Source of the DNA: an uncultured Rickettsiales bacterium
Lineage (GTDB): Bacteria > Pseudomonadota > Alphaproteobacteria > Rs-D84
DNA length: 52,438 nucleotides
Assembly: GCA_900550565.1 (NCBI GenBank)
Contig: URSG01000004.1
Coordinates: 1-52,438 of the forward strand
Direction of reading: 5' to 3'
Positions 1 to 10,615 of the stretch are shown one piece after another. Position numbers and translations under genes: made by a program. Numbering within the stretch: the stretch's first letter is position 1; every line of letters starts with the position of its first letter. The notes below the pieces were generated by a model. That model was not told where the DNA came from and ran no database searches. It saw nothing but the letters and a program-made list of their open reading frames with translations.

Positions 1-1
1 G

Positions 2-241
2 TGCCTGGGAATTACCAAACCGTCATATATGCCGCGCAGCCGTATTGCCAAACTGTTGGCCCCGAACCAAAGTGGCCAAATGCCGGATTGGGACGGTCTG
101 TGGGTGACATTTCAATCAAATGAATATACCGACGCCGGACAGCGGTCACTGATGTCGGTGCCACGAAATACAACATCTAAAACCGTCGGCGCATACCGCA
201 GGTGTATGTTTAGACGCGGTTATTTACTGCGCGCCAGTTGA
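2..241 (+). CDS. 3' end of an unidentified CDS entering from upstream (partial)
   Basis: The frame is open from the window edge to TGA at 239-241 and is followed by a hairpin plus T-run. No family was recognised. ddl would be expected upstream of ftsQ, but its C-terminal motifs are not convincing here. Confidence 0.25.
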   Translation, partial: CLGITKPSYMPRSRIAKLLAPNQSGQMPDWDGLWVTFQSNEYTDAGQRSLMSVPRNTTSKTVGAYRRCMFRRGYLLRAS

Positions 242-256
242 TTTTAAATTTTATTT

Positions 257-283
257 GCCCCCGCTTTTATCGTGGGGCTTTTT
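257..283 (+). terminator. rho-independent terminator
   Basis: GCCCC...GGGGC hairpin (257-278) followed by TTTTT. Confidence 0.55.
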
Positions 284-300
284 GTGATATAATTATCATT

Positions 301-981
301 ATGAAACGAACAATCTGGTTTTGGCTGTATTTTATTATCGCGATTTTATTGGCGATATACTTTTCTGTGCGAATAATAATGACGACGATGGGTCATACGA
401 CGGTATCGCGCGTACACAGTATTTCTATATCTGCCGATGTTCGGGACAAGGATTTATCCGCCCTGGCGACGGCGGCGGCGATTGCGCCTGGGACGGGCGC
501 GTTTTCGGTTGACCTGGACGCACTGAACGCGCGCGTGGGCGCGGTGCCGGGGGTGCGCGCGTCGGCGGTTCATCGTCGCGCAGATGGCAATTTGGTGGTG
601 CGTGTAAAGTTATACCGGGCCGTTGCCCTGTGGACCGATGGCCAGAATTATTTTCCGCTGTCTGCGGACGGGACAATCGTGAACCAGCCTGACGCCGAAC
701 GCAAATCTGGCACAGTGCTGTTTCGTGGGCCACTGCCATCAGACGTTGGCGAAATCACAAACGTTGCGCATAATTTAATTGGAAATCTGGATTATATGGA
801 ATGGATTGAAAATCGTCGCTGGAATTTAATCACAACCGGTGGCACAACGATTTTGTTGCCTGAAAAAAATCCAGACGACGCGATTGCCCAACTGATTGTC
901 TTGGACAAGAATCACAAGATTTTATCACGTGACATTAAAACAATAGATATGCGTGACAGCGCACGAATATTGGTAAAATAA
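301..981 (+). CDS. ftsQ: cell division protein FtsQ-like (N-terminal TM helix plus POTRA-like region)
   Basis: ATG at 301 gives MKRTIWFWLYFIIAILLAIYF, a TM helix. Size and position immediately upstream of ftsA fit FtsQ. The ORF-track start at 238 is probably an N-terminal overextension. Confidence 0.7.
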   Translation: MKRTIWFWLYFIIAILLAIYFSVRIIMTTMGHTTVSRVHSISISADVRDKDLSALATAAAIAPGTGAFSVDLDALNARVGAVPGVRASAVHRRADGNLVVRVKLYRAVALWTDGQNYFPLSADGTIVNQPDAERKSGTVLFRGPLPSDVGEITNVAHNLIGNLDYMEWIENRRWNLITTGGTTILLPEKNPDDAIAQLIVLDKNHKILSRDIKTIDMRDSARILVK

Positions 982-986
982 ACAAA

Positions 987-2759
987 ATGAACCTGTTTGA
1001 TTCGGTTTTTCTGTGTCTGGATATTGGCTCAACCGGGGTGCGCGGTATGGCCCATCGTGTTTGTGGTGCAAAAATTGTAAAATCTGCGATTTCAACATCA
1101 GATTGTTTTGATACCGTATTCGCATTGCGTTCTGTTATTGACGACCTGGAACGTCAAATCGGAACCAGTTTTGATACCGCATACGTCACGGGGAATTTTG
1201 GCGCGTCTGTATTTGAAATGACCGCAAAAAGCACTGCCTGGGGTGGCGAACATAAAATTACCGCCGCCGATATCCAGGACCAAATTGCCCAGATAACACC
1301 CCCTGACGGATATTTTCCGATGCATATCGTGCCACTGCGATATGACACGCCGTCGGCACGCAATATGGCGACACCTGTGGGATACACAGACCGGCAACTG
1401 ATATCGGCATTTGGTGCAATATTTTATGCACGCGCCCGTATGGATACCGTTTTGGCGTTTTTGCGACGCGCACACATCACCGCCAGCGCATTTTATGACC
1501 CACAATTTTTACTGAACGCAACCCTGCGCCAGAAAAAACAAAATGTTATGTTTATTGACCTGGGCGGCGAATTTTCATCGGCATCAATTTGGACCGACCG
1601 TGGCCCTGTGTGGCACAGAAAAATTCCAATGGGTGGTACAAAAATAACAAACACAATTTCTGAAAAACTGCACATCTGTTTTGACGACGCCGAACGCGTT
1701 AAACGCGCCGTGGCCAGTTTTGTTCCAAAAGAAATGGACCGTTTTACCCCGGCCGATACCGCATACGAATTTTCACGTGGCGATATAAATGATATATTTA
1801 TGCCTGCGATGGTTGACATTGCCGCAGAAATGACGGCGGCGGCGCACGATGCGATTATAAAGTATCGTCCAACAAAAATTATACTGACGGGTGGTGGCGC
1901 ACTGGCCGAAGGTGCAACTGAATTTATTGAAAACACGTTTTCAATTCCAACCGAATACATTTCTGGCGACGCGATTGTTCGCGCTGGTTGCGCCAACATC
2001 TGGAACGCCGAGGCCGCGCACCGTGGCGCATACCTGGCCCGTCGCGACAGAATTCAACGAAATCTGGCATTTTTTGGAAAATTATTCAAGCGCACAAAAA
2101 AATCCCGCAATCGTTTTATTCCGATTATGCCCAGCACACTGTGTTTCAATATGCGACGCGCATCAACGTATTCAATGTTTCGCGCAGGTGGCATTTCAAT
2201 GATACACGTTGATATTATGGACGGATTTTACGTTGAACGTGTGGCCGGCGGAATTTCAGAATTAAAGATGATACGCGCACACACCGACGCACACCTGCAC
2301 GTCCACCTGATGACCGAGAGTCCGTCCGTCTGGGCCGCCGACAGTATTGCCGCCGGTGCCGACACAGTGATATTATCAACAAACACATCTGGACTGCGCG
2401 CGGCAATCGCCGCAACGCACGCCGCCGGTCGTCGCGTGGGCGTTGCATTAAACCCTGAATCATCGCCTGCGATATTAAAGCCGATTTTGCGCGACCTGGA
2501 CGAGGTTATGGTTATGACCGTGCGTCCCGGGGCCGCCGGACAAAAATTTCAAACAGACTGTTTGAAAAAAATTTCCGTACTTGATGCGACGCGCAAAAAA
2601 TACGGACTGAAATTTACAATTTCTGTTGACGGTGGCATAGACGATAAAACTGCACAAATGTGCTGGGACGCCGGCGCAGATTTATTGGTCAGTGGTTCAT
2701 ACCTGGCACGCAGCCCGGATTTCCCACTGGCGGTGCAAAGTTTATTAAAGCAATCATAA
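987..2759 (+). CDS. FtsA-like actin-family division protein (aa 1-380) continuing in frame into ribulose-phosphate 3-epimerase (aa 381-590)
   Basis: The N-terminal part has CLDIGSTGVRG, DLGGEFSS and ILTGGGA ATPase motifs and an amphipathic helix, NLAFFGKLFKRTKK. There is no stop codon before IMPSTL...HVDIMDG...HVHLM...RPGAAGQKF...VDGG..., which aligns with Rpe. An internal ATG lies at 2127. Confidence 0.8.
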   Translation: MNLFDSVFLCLDIGSTGVRGMAHRVCGAKIVKSAISTSDCFDTVFALRSVIDDLERQIGTSFDTAYVTGNFGASVFEMTAKSTAWGGEHKITAADIQDQIAQITPPDGYFPMHIVPLRYDTPSARNMATPVGYTDRQLISAFGAIFYARARMDTVLAFLRRAHITASAFYDPQFLLNATLRQKKQNVMFIDLGGEFSSASIWTDRGPVWHRKIPMGGTKITNTISEKLHICFDDAERVKRAVASFVPKEMDRFTPADTAYEFSRGDINDIFMPAMVDIAAEMTAAAHDAIIKYRPTKIILTGGGALAEGATEFIENTFSIPTEYISGDAIVRAGCANIWNAEAAHRGAYLARRDRIQRNLAFFGKLFKRTKKSRNRFIPIMPSTLCFNMRRASTYSMFRAGGISMIHVDIMDGFYVERVAGGISELKMIRAHTDAHLHVHLMTESPSVWAADSIAAGADTVILSTNTSGLRAAIAATHAAGRRVGVALNPESSPAILKPILRDLDEVMVMTVRPGAAGQKFQTDCLKKISVLDATRKKYGLKFTISVDGGIDDKTAQMCWDAGADLLVSGSYLARSPDFPLAVQSLLKQS

Positions 2760-2764
2760 AAAAA

Positions 2765-2786
2765 CGGGGCATACGCCCCGTTTTTT
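2765..2786 (+). terminator. rho-independent terminator after the ftsA-rpe ORF
   Basis: CGGGGC-ATAC-GCCCCG hairpin followed by TTTTTT. Confidence 0.75.
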
Positions 2787-2949
2787 GAACACTGCGTTTC
2801 ATGAATTCTGACGAATCCACTGTTTAGGGATGTGGTTCGGGACCTTTATATGAATATACAAACGTCCGCGCAAGTGTTCACGCGTGAATGTTTCCATCCA
2901 CATTTTAATTGTTACACGTCACACGCACAATTTCCACAGGTGACATTTC

Positions 2950-3348
2950 CTATTTCACAACCAGTCTGCGCCCCGAACCGTGTTCTGTCAGATAAATATG
3001 AATTGTATCATTTGGCAAAACATCTGTGGCAATATCGGGCCACTCTATCAACGTAATATCGTTTGCGATTGCATACGGCAACCCGATTTCCGTCAATTCT
3101 GATGCGTCATTTATACGATACAGGTCAAAGTGCGATATGCCATCATAATTTTGCACAATGGTAAACGTCGGACTGGGGACAACAGTATCATCACCACGCA
3201 ATGTTTGAATTATTGTGCGTGCAATCTCGCTCTTGCCCATACCCAGGTCGCCGTGCAACGCCACGCACACCGGCGCACGCAAGGTTTTCGCAAATTCCAG
3301 CGCCCAGGCACGGGTTTGTTCAACACTGTCCAGTAAATATTCCTTCAT
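2950..3348 (-). CDS. tsaE: tRNA t6A37 biosynthesis ATPase TsaE (YjeE)
   Basis: The P-loop GDLGMGKSEIAR and the ~130 aa size are typical of TsaE. Confidence 0.85.
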   Translation of the reverse strand: MKEYLLDSVEQTRAWALEFAKTLRAPVCVALHGDLGMGKSEIARTIIQTLRGDDTVVPSPTFTIVQNYDGISHFDLYRINDASELTEIGLPYAIANDITLIEWPDIATDVLPNDTIHIYLTEHGSGRRLVVK

Positions 3349-3353
3349 CTATC

Positions 3354-5348
3354 TTACTCCACCAATAACAAGTCATCTTCCAGTTTATGAATTTCGTCAC
3401 GCAATGCGGCCGCATCTTCAAATTCCAGGTTTTCTGCCGCCGTGCGCATTTTCTTGGTCAAATCTTTTATCTGTTTGCGTATGCTGTCAGCGTCCATAAC
3501 CCCACCAGATTTATCATACACAAAACGACGGGTCTTGTCTGTTTTTTCTGTTTTTTCGCCAACCTGGGCAAATATAGCCTTGGACACAGTTGTCGGCGTA
3601 ATTCCGTGTGCGGCGTTGTATGCCATCTGTTTTTCGCGACGACGCGCCGTTTCGGTCAATGCCGCGTTCATAGAATCTGTTATTTTATCCGCATACAGAA
3701 TCACGCGTCCATTTGCATTACGCGCCGCGCGCCCGATTGTCTGAATCAGCGACCGCGTTGAACGCAAGAATCCCTCTTTATCCGCGTCCATAATTGCAAC
3801 CAGTTCACATTCTGGCACGTCCAGCCCTTCGCGCAACAGATTGATTCCAACCAGCACATCATATTTTCCCAAACGCAAATCACGCAACAATTCAATACGT
3901 TCCAGCGTTTCAATATCACTGTGCAGATATTTTGCGCGCACGCCATTTTCGTTCAGGTAATCAGTCAACTGTTCCGCCATTTTCTTGGTCAACGTTGTCA
4001 CTAATACGCGCCCAGTGGTGTGTTTAATTTGTTCCAATAAATCATCAACCTGGTTCGCCGTTGGGCGCACATCACAGACCGGGTCCAACAATCCTGTGGG
4101 ACGAATAACCTGTTCGGCCACAATGCCACCTGATTGATTTAATTCCCATTCAGCCGGCGTCGCAGACACAAATATCGTCTGGGGGCGCAGTGCGTCCCAC
4201 TCGTCAAACGTCAGTGGTCGGTTATCAATACACGCCGGCAAACGAAATCCATACTGCGACAATGTTTCTTTGCGTGCGCGGTCACCACGTGACATCGCCG
4301 AAATCTGTGGCACGGTCACGTGACTTTCATCAATAAACAGCACCGCATCACGCGGCAGGTATTCAAACAGTGTCGGCGGTGGCATACCCGGCGCACGTCC
4401 AGATAAATAACGCGAATAGTTTTCAATTCCGCGACACGTCCCGGTTGATTCCATCATTTCAACATCAAAATTCACACGTTCGCGCAAACGTTGCTCTTCC
4501 AGATACTTCATATTTTCGTGAAAGTATTTCAGGCGTTCTTCTAAATCTGTTTTAATTTGACCGATTGCCTGTAAAACACTGGGCATCGGTGTTGCATAGT
4601 GCGTATTTGGATAAACTGCAATTCTGTCCAGTTTATGTAATTTTGCACCCGTCAGTGTATCAAATTCCCAGATTTCTTCTATTTCATCGCCCCAAAACGA
4701 AAGTTTCCACGCACGGTCTTGGGAATGCGACGGAAATACGTCCAGTGTATCGCCACGCACACGAAAATTACCACGTTCAAATGCCACGTCATTGCGTTTA
4801 TACTGAATATCCACCAATGCGTGCATAACATCGCCCTGGCCGATTTTATCCCCTGCGCGCAAGACCAGTTTCATACCGGCATACTGTTCTGGCGACCCCA
4901 TACCATAAATTGACGACACAGACGATACAACGATAACATCGCGTTCTTCCAGCATAGCACGCGTCGCACTGTGCCGCATACGGTCCAGTTGTTCATTTAT
5001 AGACGCATCTTTGTCAATGTATGTGTCGGTGGTTGGCATATATGCCTCGGGCTGGTAATAATCATAATACGACACAAAGTATTCAACGTGATTGTGCGGA
5101 AAAAACGATTTCATTTCCGTATATAATTGCGCCGCCAGGATTTTATTCGGTGCCATAATCAATGCCGGCCGCGATAATTCTGCGATAACGTTTGCCATCG
5201 TGAACGTTTTACCAGAACCCGTCACCCCCAGCAACACCTGGGAACGCCGTCCATCACGAACACCGGCCACCAATTCAGATATGGCCGCCGGCTGGTCCCC
5301 CATGGGGGCATAATTGCTTTCCAGTGAAAATATACTTTTTTTGTTCAC
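3354..5348 (-). CDS. uvrB: excinuclease ABC subunit B
   Basis: [12 protein letters not shown] Walker A, helicase motifs and the C-terminal UVR domain ([12 protein letters not shown]). Length 664 aa. Confidence 0.97.
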   Translation of the reverse strand: MNKKSIFSLESNYAPMGDQPAAISELVAGVRDGRRSQVLLGVTGSGKTFTMANVIAELSRPALIMAPNKILAAQLYTEMKSFFPHNHVEYFVSYYDYYQPEAYMPTTDTYIDKDASINEQLDRMRHSATRAMLEERDVIVVSSVSSIYGMGSPEQYAGMKLVLRAGDKIGQGDVMHALVDIQYKRNDVAFERGNFRVRGDTLDVFPSHSQDRAWKLSFWGDEIEEIWEFDTLTGAKLHKLDRIAVYPNTHYATPMPSVLQAIGQIKTDLEERLKYFHENMKYLEEQRLRERVNFDVEMMESTGTCRGIENYSRYLSGRAPGMPPPTLFEYLPRDAVLFIDESHVTVPQISAMSRGDRARKETLSQYGFRLPACIDNRPLTFDEWDALRPQTIFVSATPAEWELNQSGGIVAEQVIRPTGLLDPVCDVRPTANQVDDLLEQIKHTTGRVLVTTLTKKMAEQLTDYLNENGVRAKYLHSDIETLERIELLRDLRLGKYDVLVGINLLREGLDVPECELVAIMDADKEGFLRSTRSLIQTIGRAARNANGRVILYADKITDSMNAALTETARRREKQMAYNAAHGITPTTVSKAIFAQVGEKTEKTDKTRRFVYDKSGGVMDADSIRKQIKDLTKKMRTAAENLEFEDAAALRDEIHKLEDDLLLVE

Positions 5349-5394
5349 ACTATTATTCTAATCCATTATAATCAAATTACAAGGGCAGAGAGAG

Positions 5395-7869
5395 ATGGCA
5401 TTAAAACCCAGATATAAACGCAGAATTTTATGGACGGCTGTATTTATCACAACGGTCGGGGCATTGGCGTTGGTCATTGTTCCGCCGATGATAACGATAA
5501 ACAGTCTGCGCCCCAAAATTGCCCAGGCGATATATCAACAAACTGGTATCAACGCCCAGATTGACGGCAATGTTCGGTTCAGTTTGCTGGGGCGCGCAAC
5601 GATTGTTGCACATAATGTCAGTGTGCCAATGGGCCATATTGACGCGGTTATGTTTTCTGTGCCAATCACTGATATATTCAATCTGGACAATGCGTCATTA
5701 CAGGGCCGAATTGGGATTCACGGCGCAAAACTGCACATAGACTCGTTGGTGGCACCTGATTTTAACAACGCCGTTGATATATATGATTCCGTCGTGACAT
5801 TTCATAACAAGGATTATGATATTATCCGTGCGCGATTGGCCAATGGCGGTCTGACAGGGACTGTCCGGACAAATGATCACAAATACGATTTTGAATTTCT
5901 GGACGACGAATTCATAATAAAAAATCGCACTAATAATCTGGAAATCACGGGTATGTTATTTTCAGACGGAACGGCGCGCGGCCACCTGGACATTGATACC
6001 CTGGACGTAAATAAATGGTTTGAATTTTCATACCCACGTATTGATGTGCCTGTGAAACTGAGTATGAATTTCGCCTGGGACGGCGAATACGGTTTTGAAT
6101 TTACGGATATAAAATCAGACCATTTTTCTGGCGATATAAAAATCCTGCCTGATGGCGCACGCGAAATCAATTTGACGGCCAATGACCTGGATTACGATTT
6201 TACATTTTTAACCAATCCATCAAATATATTTTATCGCACGACATTTAATTTAGACCTATACGGGAAATTAAAACTGGCCGGACACGAATTTCAACATCTG
6301 AAAATAAATGCGATTGGCGATAAAAAATTGGTTCAAATATCAAATATTATTGCCGACGATATGGCAATCACTGGTGGCACGATTGACGCAGATGGCGCAC
6401 ACAACGTTCTGGTGACAATGCCAGTGGACGGAATCCAAACAATGTGCCTGTTTTCTGGCACGCCACAAAATTGGAAATGCAGTAAATTTTCATACGGCGA
6501 TATATCTGGCACAATTACCGTGGACCAGAAAAATTTTACTGCATCAATCGTTGGGGCTGGCGAAATGCCAGATGCCCAGAAATTGATTCGCGCGACGCGT
6601 CGTCTGGGAAAAAACGGGAAACTGGATTTTCAATTCAGTAATATTGCCGGCACATTTACCATAACGCCCAAGGGCGTGACAAAATCATATTCATTTGCAC
6701 GCAATCAAACATTACGTTGGGCGGCACCTGATTTTAAATACTTGCCTGATTTTATGCTGGACGCGCCCGGCGATATGAAATGGTCTGATGGGGCGATGGC
6801 GTTTATTCCACGTGGCGCGAAATGGAAAATATCTATGACAGATAAAACATTTCTGCTTTCTGGCGATAATTTCAAAGACATCTTACCGAACATTGATTTG
6901 CAATCATTGAACAACGCGCCATACACGGTATCCGGCACATACAGCGGTCGCAGCATATCAAATATGCAGATAACCGTTGGCAACCAAACATTTCATGGCA
7001 GTGTCAGCGGACGCAACATAACATTACGCACCGTATTACTGAACGCCGATGCGTTTGCAAACCAGGGTTATATTGATAACTATGATGAACTGGAATTTTT
7101 AACCGCCGCGCCAATAACGTTGCCATTTGAATTACCGGTTGATATTTCTTTGACCGCAGACACACTGATTTACAACGGCAATGAATACAAGAATTTTATA
7201 TACGCCCTGAAATCAAACACCCAGACGTTTTCTATCACAGACGCGTCGCGTGGAAATCTGTTGGCGACATTACGCAAAGACGCATCAAAATATGACATTG
7301 ATATTCAATTAAATAAATTCGTCACAAATGGTTATTTGTTATCACGTCAAATGCCGTTAAACGTTCGCGATACAATGATTACGGCTGATATTTCTTTACA
7401 GACCAACGGCCACATCGCACACGATATATGGTATAACCTGGCCGGCGATATGGATTTATCGTTCAGTGGCGGATATATTGTTGGATTGGGCGTTGATAAT
7501 TTCTATGCGTCCGCAAATAAAATAAATACATTTAATGCAGAATATGCCCTGGCAGATGCCCTGACCGATGGGGAAAGCGTTATTAAAAAAATGCGCATTG
7601 TTGGTAAATATAACAATGGCAATTTTATAACCGCACAACCGTTTACACTGCAAATGCGCCACGTTGACGCATACGGCGAATTTGATTTAGATGACGGCCG
7701 TATGACCGTTATGTTAAATATGACAATGCGCGGAACGGCACCAACACCTGCGCCTGTTCGTCTGACCATATCCCCAGACGGGACGCGAAATTATTCACTG
7801 ACTGAAATTATGACAAATTTTGATTCCAGTTTTATGCGCCAGTTTATAAAAACGCACGATAAATTTTAA
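5395..7869 (+). CDS. AsmA-family outer-membrane biogenesis protein
   Basis: N-terminal TM anchor followed by the AsmA-like pattern (KIAQAIYQQTGINAQIDGNVRFSLLGRATIVAHNVSV). Large, repetitive, beta-rich 824 aa protein. Confidence 0.6.
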   Translation: MALKPRYKRRILWTAVFITTVGALALVIVPPMITINSLRPKIAQAIYQQTGINAQIDGNVRFSLLGRATIVAHNVSVPMGHIDAVMFSVPITDIFNLDNASLQGRIGIHGAKLHIDSLVAPDFNNAVDIYDSVVTFHNKDYDIIRARLANGGLTGTVRTNDHKYDFEFLDDEFIIKNRTNNLEITGMLFSDGTARGHLDIDTLDVNKWFEFSYPRIDVPVKLSMNFAWDGEYGFEFTDIKSDHFSGDIKILPDGAREINLTANDLDYDFTFLTNPSNIFYRTTFNLDLYGKLKLAGHEFQHLKINAIGDKKLVQISNIIADDMAITGGTIDADGAHNVLVTMPVDGIQTMCLFSGTPQNWKCSKFSYGDISGTITVDQKNFTASIVGAGEMPDAQKLIRATRRLGKNGKLDFQFSNIAGTFTITPKGVTKSYSFARNQTLRWAAPDFKYLPDFMLDAPGDMKWSDGAMAFIPRGAKWKISMTDKTFLLSGDNFKDILPNIDLQSLNNAPYTVSGTYSGRSISNMQITVGNQTFHGSVSGRNITLRTVLLNADAFANQGYIDNYDELEFLTAAPITLPFELPVDISLTADTLIYNGNEYKNFIYALKSNTQTFSITDASRGNLLATLRKDASKYDIDIQLNKFVTNGYLLSRQMPLNVRDTMITADISLQTNGHIAHDIWYNLAGDMDLSFSGGYIVGLGVDNFYASANKINTFNAEYALADALTDGESVIKKMRIVGKYNNGNFITAQPFTLQMRHVDAYGEFDLDDGRMTVMLNMTMRGTAPTPAPVRLTISPDGTRNYSLTEIMTNFDSSFMRQFIKTHDKF

Positions 7870-8237
7870 CGATGATATTTCTGGCCCAGCACACGACGCA
7901 CGTATTCGCTTGAAACCGATTGACCGTTTTTGTCGGCCCAGTATTGATACTGTCCAATCCGAACACAGTGAAAACCATCAGCCATAAATTTTATACGACG
8001 CGTTGCGCATAATAACATTTTGTTGCGACCAATTAAATCTGCGCGCCGTCCAAACAGCGCACGACGAATACGGGGGATAATCCCGTTTCCATCTGATGAA
8101 TTGCGTGGCGCATACAGCACCCCACCCCGCTTTACCAATCCAGTCATATCATATTGACGATGTCGCGCACGCAAGACACGTGCCTGGTATTCTGTCAGAT
8201 TTAATGTTGTTATCAGTTTATCAATATCCGCCTGCAT
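7866..8237 (-). CDS. hypothetical protein
   Basis: 123-aa ORF with backbone-like composition. No recognisable motifs. Confidence 0.35.
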   Translation of the reverse strand: MQADIDKLITTLNLTEYQARVLRARHRQYDMTGLVKRGGVLYAPRNSSDGNGIIPRIRRALFGRRADLIGRNKMLLCATRRIKFMADGFHCVRIGQYQYWADKNGQSVSSEYVRRVLGQKYHR

Positions 8238-8303
8238 TTTTTCACCACCACAAAAAAATTATATTCACAACACTGGGCGATTTTAATAGGTTTGATTTCA
8301 TAT

Positions 8304-8329
8304 AAAAAACAGTCCGCAAATGCGGACTG
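8304..8329 (-). terminator. rho-independent terminator downstream of aspS
   Basis: On the minus strand, CAGTCCGCA-TTT-GCGGACTG followed by TTTTTT. Confidence 0.75.
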
Positions 8330-8350
8330 AACAAATATGTATTTTTATAT

Positions 8351-10120
8351 TTAGTTTTTCTTGCGAACCTGGATATGGTCTTCGCGCAGTTGTTGTTCTG
8401 TGACCGGCGACGGCGACCCCATCATTAAATCCTGGCCACGTTGATTGGTTGGGAACAACACAACCTCGCGCAAATTCGGTTCACGACGCATAATCTGAAC
8501 CAATCGGTCAATACCGAACGCACATCCGCCGTGCGGTGGCGCGCCGTATTGAAATGCAGTGTACATTCCGCCAAACTTTGCCTTGACGGTTTCTTCGTCG
8601 TATCCCGTAATGTCAAAACATTTAACCATAATTTCTGGGTTAAAGTTTCGCAGACCACCACTGCAAATTTCGGCACCATTTAATACCATATCAAACTGGG
8701 CCGCCTTGATTGACAATGGGTCACGCGTGTTCAATTCGTCCAATGTTGCCATCGGGAACGAGAACGGATTATGTGTAAACGCAATTCCTGTCGGTGATTC
8801 TGGGTCTGCTTCAAAGAACGGGAATTCTTCTATCCAGCACAGACGGAAATCGTTCGGGTCAATCAGTCCTAAATCATCACCCAATTTATTGCGCAGTTTC
8901 CCAGCAGCCTTGGCAGCGGTGTCAGCCGCGTCACAGACAAAGAACAATGATGCGTTATCGCCTGCGATTTCATGCAGTTTTGCGATACGGTCTGCGTCCA
9001 GTTTTTTGGCAACAGGACCTTTGGCCTCGCCTGCAAAGACGATATAACCCAGTCCGCCCAATCCCAATTCTTTGACGGCATAATCACCCAGTTTATCAAA
9101 CCAACTGCGTGGTTTATCTGCGGAATTCGGTGCCGGAATCGCGCGAACAACCGCGCCGTCTTCAATCGCATTTGCAAAGATTCCAAAATCAGACCCACGG
9201 AAAATTTCCGTCACATCAGATATGATAATCGGATTGCGCAAATCTGGTTTATCCGAACCATATTTCAACATCGCTTCGTCAAATGGGATATGCGGAATAT
9301 CCGGGCATACATTTGCACCTGGGACGAATTCGCGAATAATCGCCGGAATCAATTCATTGCCCACCGCCTGAATATCCGGCAGGTCAACAAACGACATTTC
9401 CATATCCAACTGGTAAAATTCCAGCAAACGGTCTGCGCGCAAATCTTCGTCGCGGAAACACGGGGCAATTTGAAAATAGCGGTCAAATCCAGAAATCTGA
9501 ATCAACTGTTTAAACTGTTGCGGTGCCTGGGGCAATGCATAGAACATACCGTGATGATTACGTGACGGCACGATAAAGTCACGCGCGCCCTCTGGGCTGG
9601 ACACGGTCAAAATTGGTGTCTGGAATTCAGAAAATCCCATTTCCCACATTTTGTCGCGCATAAATTTAATCATACGATTGCGGAACAAAATATTCTGGTG
9701 CAATGATTCACGACGCAAATCAATATAACGATATTTTAAACGCAAATCTTCGGACACAGTATCATCGTCGCCAAACACCTGGAACGGCAAAATATTTGCA
9801 CTGGTCAACACGTCCCATTTTGTGGCCCGAATTTCAATCGCGCCGGTTGGAATTTTATCATTGACCGCAGACGCGTCACGCGCAACAACCGTGCCAGTAA
9901 TTTGAATCACAGATTCTGGACGCACACGTTCCAGTGCCTCGTCCCCACCGTCAAACACGCATTGTGTAATTCCATAATTATCGCGCAGGTCAATAAACAG
10001 CAATGACCCGTGGTCACGCTTGCGATGAACCCAGCCCGACAGCACAACAGTTTGCCCGACATTGGACGAATTTAATTCGCCACACGTATGCGTTCTGTAT
10101 TTAGATTTTAATGATACCAT
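8351..10120 (-). CDS. aspS: aspartate--tRNA ligase
   Basis: Class II aaRS motifs (FRDEDLRADR, GGCAFGIDRL) and the N-terminal OB fold. The start is placed at MVSLKSKYRTHTCGEL (ATG 10120), not the ORF-track start at 10264. Confidence 0.95.
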   Translation of the reverse strand: MVSLKSKYRTHTCGELNSSNVGQTVVLSGWVHRKRDHGSLLFIDLRDNYGITQCVFDGGDEALERVRPESVIQITGTVVARDASAVNDKIPTGAIEIRATKWDVLTSANILPFQVFGDDDTVSEDLRLKYRYIDLRRESLHQNILFRNRMIKFMRDKMWEMGFSEFQTPILTVSSPEGARDFIVPSRNHHGMFYALPQAPQQFKQLIQISGFDRYFQIAPCFRDEDLRADRLLEFYQLDMEMSFVDLPDIQAVGNELIPAIIREFVPGANVCPDIPHIPFDEAMLKYGSDKPDLRNPIIISDVTEIFRGSDFGIFANAIEDGAVVRAIPAPNSADKPRSWFDKLGDYAVKELGLGGLGYIVFAGEAKGPVAKKLDADRIAKLHEIAGDNASLFFVCDAADTAAKAAGKLRNKLGDDLGLIDPNDFRLCWIEEFPFFEADPESPTGIAFTHNPFSFPMATLDELNTRDPLSIKAAQFDMVLNGAEICSGGLRNFNPEIMVKCFDITGYDEETVKAKFGGMYTAFQYGAPPHGGCAFGIDRLVQIMRREPNLREVVLFPTNQRGQDLMMGSPSPVTEQQLREDHIQVRKKN

Positions 10121-10615
10121 TTTGGTCCCTTTTTGTTTTATTCCCCAGGTGCCAAAATAATGATTGATTGAATTCGGCACCCAAATGATTTTCACAGGGG
10201 CGCGGAATCCGCGCGGTGCCACCCTGAATTTATAACTTGCTACATGCACACCCCCCCATTCCATGGTTGTCAGTCATATCAACACGGGTCAGGTATGTAT
10301 TTCACACAATATTATAATCAAAAAATACCACCCTGCAACAATAAAAATTCCCAATAATTGGGGATTTTTATTCATTCATTTTGCTTTCCGGCAATATGTT
10401 TCCAAATATATTTGGTTCAACGGCACGCCACTTTAATTTGCTTTCTAAATCCTTGTACTTATATTTAGTTATATTGCAAAAAGCAGGTAAAATAAACAAT
10501 ACGTATTACGAATCTTAACCATATTTTTTGAATCAATAACCCACAAAGAATATAACAGATTGTATTGAAGTTGATTTCAAAAAACACATAGGATAGAATT
10601 ATATCCATAATAAGA

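Noticed and set aside
10121-10264. N-terminal extension of aspS in the ORF track (start 10264)
   Set aside because: The extension (MEWGGVHVASYKFRV...) does not look like AspS. The canonical N-terminus starts at ATG 10120. Similar overextensions were trimmed for gyrB (20833 to 20746), rpmI (40520 to 40478), ung (17716 to 17683), virB3 (34185 to 34125), ftsQ (238 to 301) and the 12764 ORF (to 12911).
10343-10369. An AAAAATTCCC-AATAATT-GGGGATTTTT hairpin upstream of aspS could be a terminator
   Set aside because: No gene on either strand ends near it. The stem is mostly A-T, so it may be fortuitous or an island-boundary relic.
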